Origin: Daphnia carinata
Taxonomy: Eukaryota
Reading direction: 5' to 3'
Assembly: GCF_022539665.2 (NCBI RefSeq)
Contig: NC_081333.1
Span: 4,712,001-4,776,000, forward strand
DNA: 64,000 nucleotides
The notes under the pieces were generated by a model. That model was not told the origin of the DNA. It ran no database searches and saw nothing but the letters and a program-made list of their open reading frames with translations. The translations under genes were made by a program, and so were the position numbers. Positions 13,917 through 26,100 of the stretch are shown piece after piece. Each line of letters opens with the position of its first letter. The stretch's first letter is position 1.

Positions 13917-16433
13917 GGGGGGGGGGGGGGGTTCGAAACGGTCGCATATTTATGATAGCCGCTAGGATATTTTATATTCTTAACCGTAAAGGTTATAAAC
14001 GCAAGGCACAATCGTGTGATGTATATGGTGAATCAATATGCATGACAAATGAGTAGATGTCTCGTCTAGTTGTGCGTGCGTCACCTGAACTTATATCTGC
14101 TACGCGAAACTGCCGGTATCTTTTCGTTTAGCTGTTTATTTTGTTCGTATCGCATTCAGTGTGTGGGATCAAGTGCGGCGGAACATTGTAGCAATAAACA
14201 TAATTGCTTAAGGTTGACGTCAAAATCGTATCCCATTGCAACTTGACCAGCGTGGGCTCTGAATAAAACGGAATTCTATACGTTTTGCGATCGATAACTA
14301 CTCGAGCTCTTAGTAATAAAGGAGGCAAAGACACACGATCGTGAATCGGGCTGCATAAATGCCCAGTTGTCCTGTTTCGTTATGGTTGTCCGAAAACAAC
14401 TTAGTTGGCTGTGCGCTATTTATTTTTTTTTTACTTCGTATTTTTTCGCGTTTGATGAAAGGTGACATGACATATCTGCAAAGCTTTTAAAACGGAAAGC
14501 AACTTCATCTTTTTGCAAATGAGTTCGCGCTGTTGACATTGAGGAAAATGTCTGCACAAGATTGTGTTACAGCGGTCGCAGCGTGTACGGCGCCACATCA
14601 ATTCAACTGCATTCCATAGCAAACATGTTTCCCGACAGACAAGCCAATGGCGGCCAGCTCTACATCCCAAACATTTTTTAACGTTTCTCTAGGATTAACA
14701 TAACATTACAGCAAGCGAGGTGAAAGAAAAAAAAAAATAGAGAAAACAGTTTTCTCATTTTCTCGAAATAATTGATTTCCTATTTTTATGGCCAACGAAA
14801 GGCCTGATAAGCATATAGAGATAAAACACCTCACAGGCTATCGTTATGCTCCCTGGAACGCAGGTGCAGGCGAAACGAATTCATAAGGTTTTTTTTGATA
14901 GTACAGCACAATCTCATTCGGCTGATTCAAATTGTTTTTTTTTATCAGTCTGCAAAAACGTGCATAGTGGCGAGGCTTTTTAAAAAAAATTTTATTGCTT
15001 ATGTGTAGAACATATGTTTTGACTAGCTTCCTATCAGGCCTTGAATTCTTAATTGAGTGACGTGTTTTGCGTCTTTTTTTTTGTGTTTTCAATTCCGCGC
15101 AAAAAGTTGAAAAAAAAACAAACAACTAAACAAACACCGTCCATACCCCAACATGCGAAGCACCAAGAAAAAACACGAATAAATTACCAAGTTTCCCGCT
15201 AAGTAATTTATAGTTCCACACTTGTTTTGATGTTGTCTTTTTTTTTTTTTTTTTTTGCGACGTCCCCATCGTCCGCCGCCCCCCCCCCCTCCTCCTAGCA
15301 GAAGATCTTTAGAAACGCTGAATAAAGCATATTTATTCGTTAATCATTCCGGCGGAAGGAAAAAGGAAGACAAAGATGGGACCTCCTGGGAAGCAGCACC
15401 AAAAACAGAATTGGGGGGTTCAAGAAGAGGAATGATGGCGCTTATCAGGAAAGATAGCTGAAGATGAGAGAACGATATAAATGAATAACAAGTCCTCATT
15501 TTGGTAATTAGATTGGTTCATACAGTGCCTTTATAGCCTGAAATATTTTATGCGTTGAGAAAATTATTCCGTCTCCGAAGGCACTTGAAACTTCCGCTTC
15601 AATAATTCACGCGCCCCCCCCCCCTCCCCTCCCAGCCAAAACAAAATAAAAAAAAAACAGATCCACGAACAATTACAGCCGAACAAAACGGATGGCGCGG
15701 TTTAGTGCGGCTAGACATTTATATGCGAATAACAAGTACTCGGTTGACTGGAGCCCGAGTTCTGTTCTAGAAAGTCAATACGGCGGCATAATAGACTACA
15801 TCTTTGTGGCTTCCTAAATTACATGGAGCTAGTTTTATTGGCCATTCTGAAGTCGGGTAACTTGGGCGGAAGACCGTGAATATGCGCTAGCGATTGTAGT
15901 GCTCAACGAACGCCGTATTGATCGCCATCATTTCGTATAGGTAGCGACAACTAAAATAGCCAATTTGCAATATGGAAAACTTACGGACAACGTTGAGTTG
16001 GTATCGAACGTGACGAGTTGGAGTATGGCGAAAATCGACGCGACACCTGTAGATTCCGTCATCATCCTCTGTAACGTTGGATAACATGAATGCTGCACTT
16101 GATGCAGCCGATGTATCAAACTGAGCTCTTGAAGCCAATCGTTCATTCTTCCAATGCTTGGCCTGCTCGAGTGGTCGAGCACGTAAATCCACACTACGTA
16201 GCCAATTCAAAACATTTGTTTAAAAATACGAGTGATACTACGACTGAGAGCCTATACGTATCACACACATTTGAGTCTGAATTGTTGAATACTTTCTTAC
16301 CTATAAATTGGCTGCTTTTCTGATTCGATGTACCACAAAACAAGGTATGCACTATCGTCTGGCCGGCTGGATTGCAGATCGCATTCTAATTTTGTCGTGT
16401 ATCCAGCAAGGGTGTTGACTGTGATGACAGGGA
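1407..16433 (-). CDS. Sidestep-family (nephrin-like) Ig-superfamily cell-surface protein, 5 Ig + 1 FN3; partial model lacking signal-peptide and membrane-anchor exons
   Basis: Eleven phase-compatible minus-strand exons: 16433-16301, 16193-15985 (V-set Ig1: LECDL..DDSAYLVLWY..PIYSVDLR..DDGIYRCRVDF), 12035-11925, 11730-11521 (Ig2: DEGADLALICEVTGG..GWYRNG..ATYAC), 8181-8030, 6484-6340 (Ig3: LQCKASGANPPAVVTWW..DDGRIVTCRA), 5549-5419, 5153-4985 (Ig4: IREGSNVYLECQTRANP..WMHN..AGNYTCIATN), 4781-4705, 4628-4412 (Ig5: YAPVC..LRCQVEADP..DFGELQCWALNDIGKQKEPC), 1808-1407 (FN3). All introns are GT-AG except one GC-AG. Domain order and motifs match the arthropod Sidestep family; the specific paralog cannot be assigned. 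Confidence 0.9.
3359..3388. repeat. (AC)15 microsatellite
   Basis: Directly visible, in a Sidestep-like intron. Confidence 0.95.
12297..12347. repeat. A51 homopolymer
   Basis: Directly visible; the longest of many A/T runs in the Sidestep-like introns. Confidence 0.95.
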
Positions 16434-19400
16434 CTTGACAAATTAAGAGAATAAAGAAAAAAAAATCGTTATAAAAAAAATTCAGTACCTACATCATCCA
16501 CTATTGCACTTGTGTATCTAACGAAACATAACGTAACAGCTTGAAAAAAAAGGCAGCACATTTAGGTTTCAATAATTTCATATCATTTCAGATTATCCAT
16601 TTAGGATTCAATAAAACGCTTAGCAACTTGAAACAACAGAGTGGATCTTCAGAGAAATTTCTACACGTACTCATTGCTCGATGTAATAGATAGTTGGCAG
16701 GTTTGTTTGTTATGTTTCAGCATTTCAAATTCTCTTTGACGCTGGGCAACAATTGCTGCTTTTGTTTGCTTTGTCGCCTTTTATATAATGATGTACCGTG
16801 TGCACTTTTCAGTGTCATCCTGTTACACGAAAAGGTGTGGGGATTTGACGGGATGAAGGTGTCACGGACATTGATTCATGTCTGTAATGGAATACGTACA
16901 AAGATCTATCAAAGTGGTCCGTCCTAAGCCGAGGCATGAAAGAAACTAGCCTACCTAGAACGTTGATATCATACGAGTCGGGAAGTCAACTATCTTCGCC
17001 CCAGAAGAAAATCATTCTTTCGTTTTTCTGTATAGCATTTAATAATAGAGCCTTCTAGACATGTGTTTAGCTTTATTTGCAGACCACAAAGGAACAACCT
17101 CATTTTGCGAACTTAGACGGAAACGAACCCACTGTTCATGTTAAAACTACGGCTTCCAATTGACCCTTTTCTTCCGAGCCAAACTTGCATCGTTCGACGA
17201 CATTATTTATTGTTAGCCTACTCAGTATTAGTTGCTCGCATGACGCAATGTTTAGCACAAATGTATTTTCGCACATTAATCAGCGTATACTTGTAATGGA
17301 TCGTTTCTTCTGCTTCCTCCGTGCAACTCCGTGCCTTTACCTAATCAAAAGTGAGTAGAAGCTTGCCAAACTAGTATTTTTTTAAAACTATTTTTTCGAT
17401 CACCAGAATTACGGTCCCCGACGTATAAATTAAAGAGCTTGAGATTTGTATGAATGCCTTGCAAACAACTTCCTTCTGCGAAAAGTCTTACTTTAGCTAT
17501 TACAAAGCCGTAGCTGTTCATCTGTGATAAACTGTTGATGAGGAAAGCGGAAGTGCAAGAAGAACAAATTTGCATGCGCGTGCAAAAACACGCAAGATTT
17601 CTCAGCGTTTCGCATAATTATTAATGGACGAACGTTGTAAAGAAGGTCCCTACTCCTTCGTATCTAGCTGGTAGATTTTGTTGGAAGAGGCGAGGCGACG
17701 AAAAGCTTGGGGAACTCCCGAGGCGGCAATCGTTCAAAGACGAGTTTTGCACGAGCGAATCGAGAACTCAATTCGTTTTCATACAGTTACGTTTATAGAG
17801 TTAGAGAGCAAAAAGAGAAAATTGGACTTACTGGGAGTGTCAATGTCGATCGCATTTGTAGATTGAGTCACATTCAATGACAACGTGCAAAAAAATAGGA
17901 ACAGAAAGGAGCGACCGGCTGCTTGTCTTCTACGTCGTGACACGATCATGATGGCTGGATTTTTTCTGGCAAGTCAACTCCCATTCATATCGTTCATTTC
18001 GCCATGCGGAGAAAAGAGCCCGAGGATCGGGATGGAGACTTCCGAAAAGGTTCTGCAAAAAGGACCAACAAATGTTTCGCATCGCTGTTTGTCACTATAT
18101 CCAATACATCGGAGACGCGGAAGATGATTGCGTAAAAAACAAAATTAAATGGACAAAAATAGAATTATACGGAACCAAAATAAAAAAAAATTATAAAGAA
18201 AAAATCAGCGACAATGAAAAAGGATTGCCAACAACGAAATGTGCTAGACAGGATGGCGGAAATAGTTGCAATGAAAACGGAAACGGGAAATTACAAAATA
18301 ATTTTTGCAACCTCCACAAAGCAATGTCGTTTTCAAATTAGTCAACGGAAAGAAGAAGTACTCCTAAAAATATCCGATTAAGGTCTAACCAGTTGACAGG
18401 ATGGATTGACTATCTTTGGCAAACCTTTGCTCTTTGCACAGAGTGTAATCCCAATTCGAGGGAATCCTTGCCAGTCAATAATGGCTCGCTTTGCGCCCTT
18501 TGCTGAAGACGCGATGAACAGCTTAGACGGCAAGAGCAAGTGTCAGTAAATAGCTGGAGGAGCAAAACTGTCTAACACACAACCAATAGCTGGTACACAG
18601 ATGAGTGAACGAGGCAGAGAAGATGCAGGGACAAATATTAAAGATCGCTCGCGTTGGGATTCACGATGGGGGGACTGAGCACTATATGTGAAGATGCACG
18701 GAGGCCCGGAGGAGGCAGTGTTACCTGGTTGTCGTCAGGTCGACGTCTGAGTTCCAAGCCTCTCCAGCGTAGGAAGATTTCAAGCGTTGGTGTGTGTTGA
18801 GCTGCTGCGGCCGCGCAGTGAGTGGCGCTATTCTAAAACTTGACGCCTGAAAGCCCACACACTCTAGGAATTAGCACAACTTCTTGTAGCGGATTTCTCT
18901 TTTTCTCGTTCCTGTGCCCCGCAGAAGAATGATGCTCGCGTGAACGATATTGACGATGTGTTCTTGGAGCATAATCTTCTTACGCATGGTGGGCGCATGG
19001 TGTATGGCACGACGCTGATGAATATGCCGATTGACAAAAGAGTACTTTTTCAATTGTCGCTGTTAAACATGGAAATATGCGCAATCGAAGGCGTTTATTT
19101 ACGGACATTAGCATAGTTTAACAGGATTGTCAACAATACGTACGATATAAATCGGTCAGTAGTACAGAAGAGAGAGAAATTCGTAGGCTATGTTTAAAAC
19201 AGAAGATAATTATAGCATCATTTTATTAAATTTTTTTCTATCAAAACGTTTTGATAACAATAGTTGCTAGCCTTTTTAACAGACAAAAAATTATTGTGAA
19301 CGATTCAGTTTTTACCGTGAAATGCTTTGCATTTTTAGAATTACCATATGCGATGTAGCAGTTATTCAATAATGTAAAAGTATTCTTAAATAATGCCAGT

Positions 19401-20096
19401 ACTTACATCAAGATTGCTGTTCGCACAGGTAAGTCCAGAGAATAATGGTTTAATTATAAATAATTTTCAAGGCGTGTCCTATTCCTACAACTTTCTCTCA
19501 GCTTGTGTGCTTTAGCTTCACTGTTAAAAATGTATACAACCTTTGAAATAAGTAACAGCATATATATCTTGATGGGACATTTTGATGTTTTATGCCCAAG
19601 AAAAACCAAAATTGACGGAGAAAAACGCCTTACGTCCTACACCTCTGTTTCGGTGGGTACAAATACGATTTTCGCTTTTACAAGAAAATGCAATAAAAAG
19701 ATATGGGGCTAAAAAAAAAAAAAAAAAAAAATAGGAAGGATGATTCTGAGAAATGAAACTTTTTTTTTTATTTGCACTCCTCTACGCCTTCACTATCTTA
19801 TTGCTTGACCACTACAAGGAGCCCAAGCAAAGCAGAGCAATCTGGTGCAAAGCACCGTATAAATCACAAATTCCCACATAGCGCGGATGAGTTTTCCTTT
19901 GAAGAAGAAAAAAAACGCATACGACTTAGTTGTTATTCTAGGTCATATTCGGTGAGATGAAAGCTATATTCGATAGGTATCTTGGAAAATATTGGCGTAC
20001 TCGGTAGCTGCACTTTTTCGACTTGCATCACCATTTATTGCCGATGGCCAAGCACTGGTGATTTCGAAGTCCTTTCCAAATATGAGCACAAAAACG

Positions 20097-20133
<37 letters not shown>
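20097..20133. repeat. A37 homopolymer
   Basis: Directly visible. Confidence 0.95.
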
Positions 20134-20135
<2 letters not shown>

Positions 20136-23100
20136 AAATATATGTAGCTACTTCTATTTCTCTACTTCCAACAGACCAGGATCGATTTTGATACAAACTT
20201 GACATTCGGGGACAAAAAAGAAAATCTCTAACGTTTGCAGAGAGGCCAACGTTTATATTCCAAGTTATATTTTTACATGATATTTTATTTTTCTTCCCTT
20301 TTCATCTTTATTTATTTATTTATTTTTTTTTTATGTTCGAGGCTGACTTGTTTATTTTGCAGCTTGTTGACAGGCACCAGACGCGCTGGGTTGTATAAAA
20401 AAAAAGTCATATCACCACTCTACACACACAGCACGTACTATTCAACACTATGGCAGTGAATAGTCGCGTCTTCCCGACCTTTTAGCTATCATTTTTCCTG
20501 CATTGACCGCGTACGAGACAATTTTTGTTATCCAACGATGTAGCCACTAAGTTTTCATCAGTCAAGATTTTGCCCCACCCCGCAAGTCGGTTTCAATTTC
20601 AAGCCCAAAAAAGACGTGCCGAGGTTATTCACATGCGTGTGCTATATATGAAAGAAATTGCTTTATAGCGGACAAGGCGCATGCAGGTTACATACCGTAG
20701 TTGCAGTCAAGCGACAATGCATTTTATTTGCGCATACCTTCTTTACGAACGTCGACGTCCACCCATTGGATTGCCTTCCAGTGAGATGTTTGAGCTGAAT
20801 TGCAAGTTCAGAACGGGCCGGCAAGTTGGAAAAACAACACATGCACTTTAAAGTGAATATTTTCATAGAATTGCTCATGAGATTGGTTATGCAACTGTCT
20901 ACATTGATATAGTACATGATAAGGAAAAGTAATCCAAATTGCGGAATGATCTTCACATCTAGTAATCATATTTGCTAGTACGATGATAACAACTACCTTC
21001 GTTAACTGTACTCGAGTGATCCAGTTGGCTAATATGCATTAAGTTCGTTAGGACACTCGTTGCCATGGATAATTCAATCGAATTACTTGTATAGAACAGG
21101 AGAGGAAACGATACCATTGGTGGTAACATCTTTTACGAAGAAACAGCGACCAAACTTGGCATCAGTGTTGCTCAATCTGCGCTATCAACTGCATTCCGCC
21201 AAATGACCAAAATTCTTTCTTTTTGGCTTCATGTGTTTTTTTTTTTTTTTTTTAATATTCATTTCCCTGTTTTATTGTTTAGCGATCGGTTGTTATCGTA
21301 CATACCACGAGCACCTAGTGGGAAAAATGCGCGCTGTGGAAAATGACCACTCACGGACTTGACTCATTGTATTGGTTTCCTATGATTACTGTCCAACTGA
21401 GTGAACCATGCAATCAAGAGCGTGTAAGAGCCCGCGGACAGTGATCGGCATACCGGTACCGTATTTGCTCTATTGATAGAAGGAACGCTCGGTCTGATCC
21501 CGACATTAAGAACTAAGGACGAGGAATTACAAAAGTATTACTTAATAGTCTGCATCAACCGTTAAAGGCATTGAATGTCTACGCATTGTCCATATGCAGA
21601 CCTGCACGTTCAAGCCAGAAAGAGAAATAAGATTAAAGAACTAAGGATAGAATTTTAAAGCGGAAGAATGTGCAACAACACGTAGTTGCGAACGCTAACA
21701 CACGCATCCTTTCCCACTCCATGGTTCTTGAAGCATCAGATTGCAATTTTTGCGATTCTTAAAATTATTTTCTCGGTTTTCGGCGTCGATGTACAAGTTT
21801 GGGGCCAACGTTTTGCCTGCCAATGCCAAGCTCTTTTTTTTTCCTTGTCGATAAAAAAAACAAAAATAACATGCTTCTTCCGTTTGTCAAGTGATTCGTA
21901 GATAAACAGATTCCGTGATACTGTGAACAGTCTTGGAATTGCGCTGTAGGCCAAGCTATGTAAACACACAACTGTTGGATATTGCAATGCGATTCACCCC
22001 CCTCAGGGCAATGTAGCTCAAAATGCCCTAAAGAAGAAAAATAATGGAAACGTTGTATTCGGCAACATATCGATCCATGTCCGGTGTTGAATCGGTATGC
22101 ATTTGCCTTTTTGTTTTTGTTTTTGTTTTTGTTTTTCTGTCGGGCCTCTACGTTATATTGGCATTAAAGCATTGAAGCAGTTGGCAACTGGCACGGGGCA
22201 TTTCCTATGCGAGTTGTCTGTGATGCCGCTAACTTTTTCAACCATGCAAAGCGGAAATGGAGAGATGTGCCGATTGCCTAGTCAACTGTTAAGAGAAAAA
22301 AAAATAAAATAAAAGATGCGATGTGATAAGCGCAAATACACATGAATGCAGCAGGCACGCGCCGCTGACGATCGGGTGATAAATATGCTGCCATCTACTA
22401 TATGGTGACGAGACATAGAATACGTGTTGACTCTCCCTATTGATTGATGAGCTCCAAATGGTAGAATACATCAATTCGATGAACATATATGTCTAACACG
22501 GGCCTTTATCTGCATACGAGCAGTATACGATCTACTGGGCTGTCAGCTTTGTATCGCCAAAGGTTTAATCAATTCCTATATATTTCTTTTTCCCTCTCTC
22601 TTTCTCAATTTTTTCCCCCTCTGCAAATCATTTTCGGTGCGTTCGTGCAAATGAAAGAATCCAACCGTGACTGCGTAGTTGATTAAAATGGAAACGTCTA
22701 TATGCCAAATTTTTCTTTATATGATGTATGTAGGCTATCCTATAAAGAAATAAAAAGCGAATTTTTATTACTAGGCTACATGTAGTAGCCTTCGATGTAG
22801 GATATAAACCTTGGTCGGCAAACGTAGTAACCGGGTTGGTACTGTACGGCACGAGAACGAAGATCAAAGACGCTGGTCGTCATTCGAACAAAAGCACAAA
22901 TGGAAAAAAAAGGTAAAAGAAAACAAACAAAAACATTTGGGCCCGATATTTATTGGTGCTCATTGCCACGGTATGCCAGTCCTTATCAGCACAATGAAAA
23001 GAAGAAAGCAAAAAGAAAAAAAAAAGGATCTAGACCAGAGCAGATTTCTTTTGCCACGCGTAACCAAGTTTCAGAGGTTTAATCTCGCACCATGCCCACC

Positions 23101-26100
23101 TGCTTTCAGCCTTTCATGTTCCCTTCAACGTTGTTTATCATCAATACACACACCTGCTGTATAGCTGCAACTTATACATGGCCGGCCTCTCTCGATGATG
23201 CGTTTGGACCCCGAGAAGCAAGCAATAGTGTTTACTTGTTTTTCTTTTTTTTTTTTTTTCTTTCGGCCGTATACTTGTTAAGCCTCTCGTCGGTGAGAAG
23301 GCGAGCGTCTGGTTGCGTGCACCTTCTTCCTCCATATGTGTTCCTTTTTTTTTTTTTTCTTCTTCTTCTTTTTTTTTTCCTCTTTCTGTCTTCTTTCTTG
23401 CTTTTCTTTCTCGTCCTCTATTCTCCCAAACTAAAACATATTATTAACAGAGTGAGCGCGTAACAGCTGACGCTCCGCGAACTGGAGCACACACGTAGGT
23501 CTACAGTCTATAACCACCGACCAACCGTATAACGTTTGCAATTCCGTGTATTGTTGCAACGATCTTGAATAGTCTCGACAACCGCTATATTGTTGTTGAC
23601 CGTCTCTACACACTACTGTCACGTATACCGCTACGCTGATGAAAACTGCGTGATTACAAGGATACATGTGCCGTACTCAAACTGCCGGAAGGAAAAAAAA
23701 ACACTTTTCAAACGTCTGTATCAAACTTTTAAGCCCTTTTATTCACCCCTCCTCTTTGTTTACTGTTGCTCTTCGCTATCTTCTATATAGGTGCTGCTTG
23801 TACTGCACTGTTTTGTTTACCAGTGGTTGGTGATTAGGCCTTTTCTCGAAATTTCGAGCAAAACTTAAACAAACGCAACAGTAACAAAACCCTCAAGTAA
23901 AACAGATGCACCGCGCACTGCATTTACAGAGTTACGCTTTAGCAATACGAGCATGGCGAAAGATGATGAGCCCAGACCAAAAGTATTAAGACGTTGCATG
24001 ACCACATTTTCATAAGAAGGGTTTCAACTCGACTCACACCGGTTCAAAAACGTCGTGTTTTATTGCAAGTATTGTATAACAAAGACACGATTATTGAAGA
24101 GTGTGGGATACAATGCACACACGCACAAGAAGATTGGAAATGCATTTTTTTCTGTCGTATATTAGTAGGAGCAAAACGTCGAATTTTCACGTTTCACCGA
24201 TGAACGATAACAGGGTAATTATGTTGACATTTATGAAAAGCGTGGCAGAAAATGCAATGATTTTTGCGAATGTTGTGCGCCATCGAAGCGAAAAATGCTC
24301 TCGTCCGACTCGGTTTTGATCGACAGAAGATAACGTCTTCTCTATTTCTAAAAATACAACAGCAGCTAGACTGTCTCCCTTCATAAAATCTAGTTATTTG
24401 ATGGTATAACGGGTGAGCGAGCGCACCAAGGTACATGTCTCGTTGATTATCAACAGCAATACGTTTGTACCTTGCTCTCTTTTTAAGTGTGCCGTTAAAA
24501 ATAAAAAGAAGTTTTTCGATTTAAATAATAGCCTTATTACAAAAAAAAAGTATTTTGTAGTGTCCGGATACGGTTTTTTTTTGTACCAAATCCAAAATTT
24601 TTTGTACGTGCTATATTTCGGTGTTAAGATCGTTATGAGAATAAGGTTCAAGTTGGTCGATAATACAAGGAGTTGCAAAATGATGCTAGTTTCCTAATTT
24701 GATTTTGTTGTTGTTTTGTTTTGAAGAAGAGTGGAAGGGTAGCGCTCAAAAAACAGCGAAAGAAACCCTCTAACTATTTCTTTTTGCTTTCAAGCTTCAA
24801 GCGTTAACCATACGCTTTGTAAGTTTGACGGACAGCTCATTAATCTTCGCCCGAGAAAACAAACACAAATCGTCAACTGAAATCCTCTGCTACGTATAGG
24901 TTTACAAAAAATATTTTTTCTTCAAAAAGTTTAAATAGATATCTTCTAACTAAAATTTAGATTGCGGAGCTGTTGCAAAAGTTCACAATTTATTTGCTCA
25001 ATTTATCATGGCAGTGTGAAATTCCCTGCGTAGATATCTATGCGGAACATCCTGTGGTAGGCCTTCAGTCGACAACGATCCAATAGACGCGAACGAAGTG
25101 CCACGGATTAGTTATAGGTTCACAAGTTCAAGAAAATGTAATTTACAGAAGCATTTACAAAGCCTAAAATACGTATGCCTATTGGACGTAGGAATTGACA
25201 AGAATAGCATCACATTGCTGTAGATGTACGACCTAAAGGAACCTATTGTTAAGCAATAAGTTCAAATTCACAAACTTCGAAATAAACACAGCTATGGCGA
25301 TTATTATTATTCCATTTTTAAATAGAATTTTCGGTTTGCGTGAACCTCCTCCTTGTATAATAGCAATGTACTTTTAATATCGGGAAAATGTCTTTAGGTA
25401 TACACGCAAAAGTTATCCGGCTTAGTTCTAGAAAAAGGATGCCATAAGTAAGCTACTTGTACATATTTGAAAGCGTTGCCCGCGAACCGCGTTATCAAAA
25501 AATAGAATTTGTCAATACCGATTAGAAATGAAAAGTAATTCCATTTTCTCTAGCTATAGATAACAAGAACCATTGGTTCCACGTCTTACTTGTCGGCATT
25601 TGTGAGAACTCGAAAGTCCGCCGGGAAGTAAACTGTGAATATTATTTAGCCCTTTTACGAAAATTTTAATGCATTGCGGTAACTAGTTTATATTTTTTTT
25701 TTGAAGGCCTAGTTTCAAAAGAGTAGCTAGTCTATGCTTGCCAAAAAAAAAAATTTGTAATGATTCTACTAACTGTAAACCTTACAGGCCGTACAATAAG
25801 TTCGACAACAGGGCGTGAATTAATCCGAGAAGCTGCTCGCTTGGCGATCAATGTGCACTGGGATTTGGCTATGCAATGTAAAGCGACAAAGGGCTCTCTG
25901 TTGAAGGAAATTGATGAATGCTAAAATACGGTACATGTTGCATTTTTTGTAACCGCCGAACGATCACTACGACCTATTTGGTGCGAAGTGGTTGAATCGA
26001 AATAGCCACCATTTAAATATGTTATCAGGTAAAGCAATTACAGTGAAAAACTCTTGCATAAATAAATGAACAATTGCGCATAGTGCCTTAACTTTTTGTT

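Noticed and set aside
8477..14056. Poly-Lys/poly-Phe ORFs in the ORF track
   Set aside because: They are translations of intronic A/T homopolymers.
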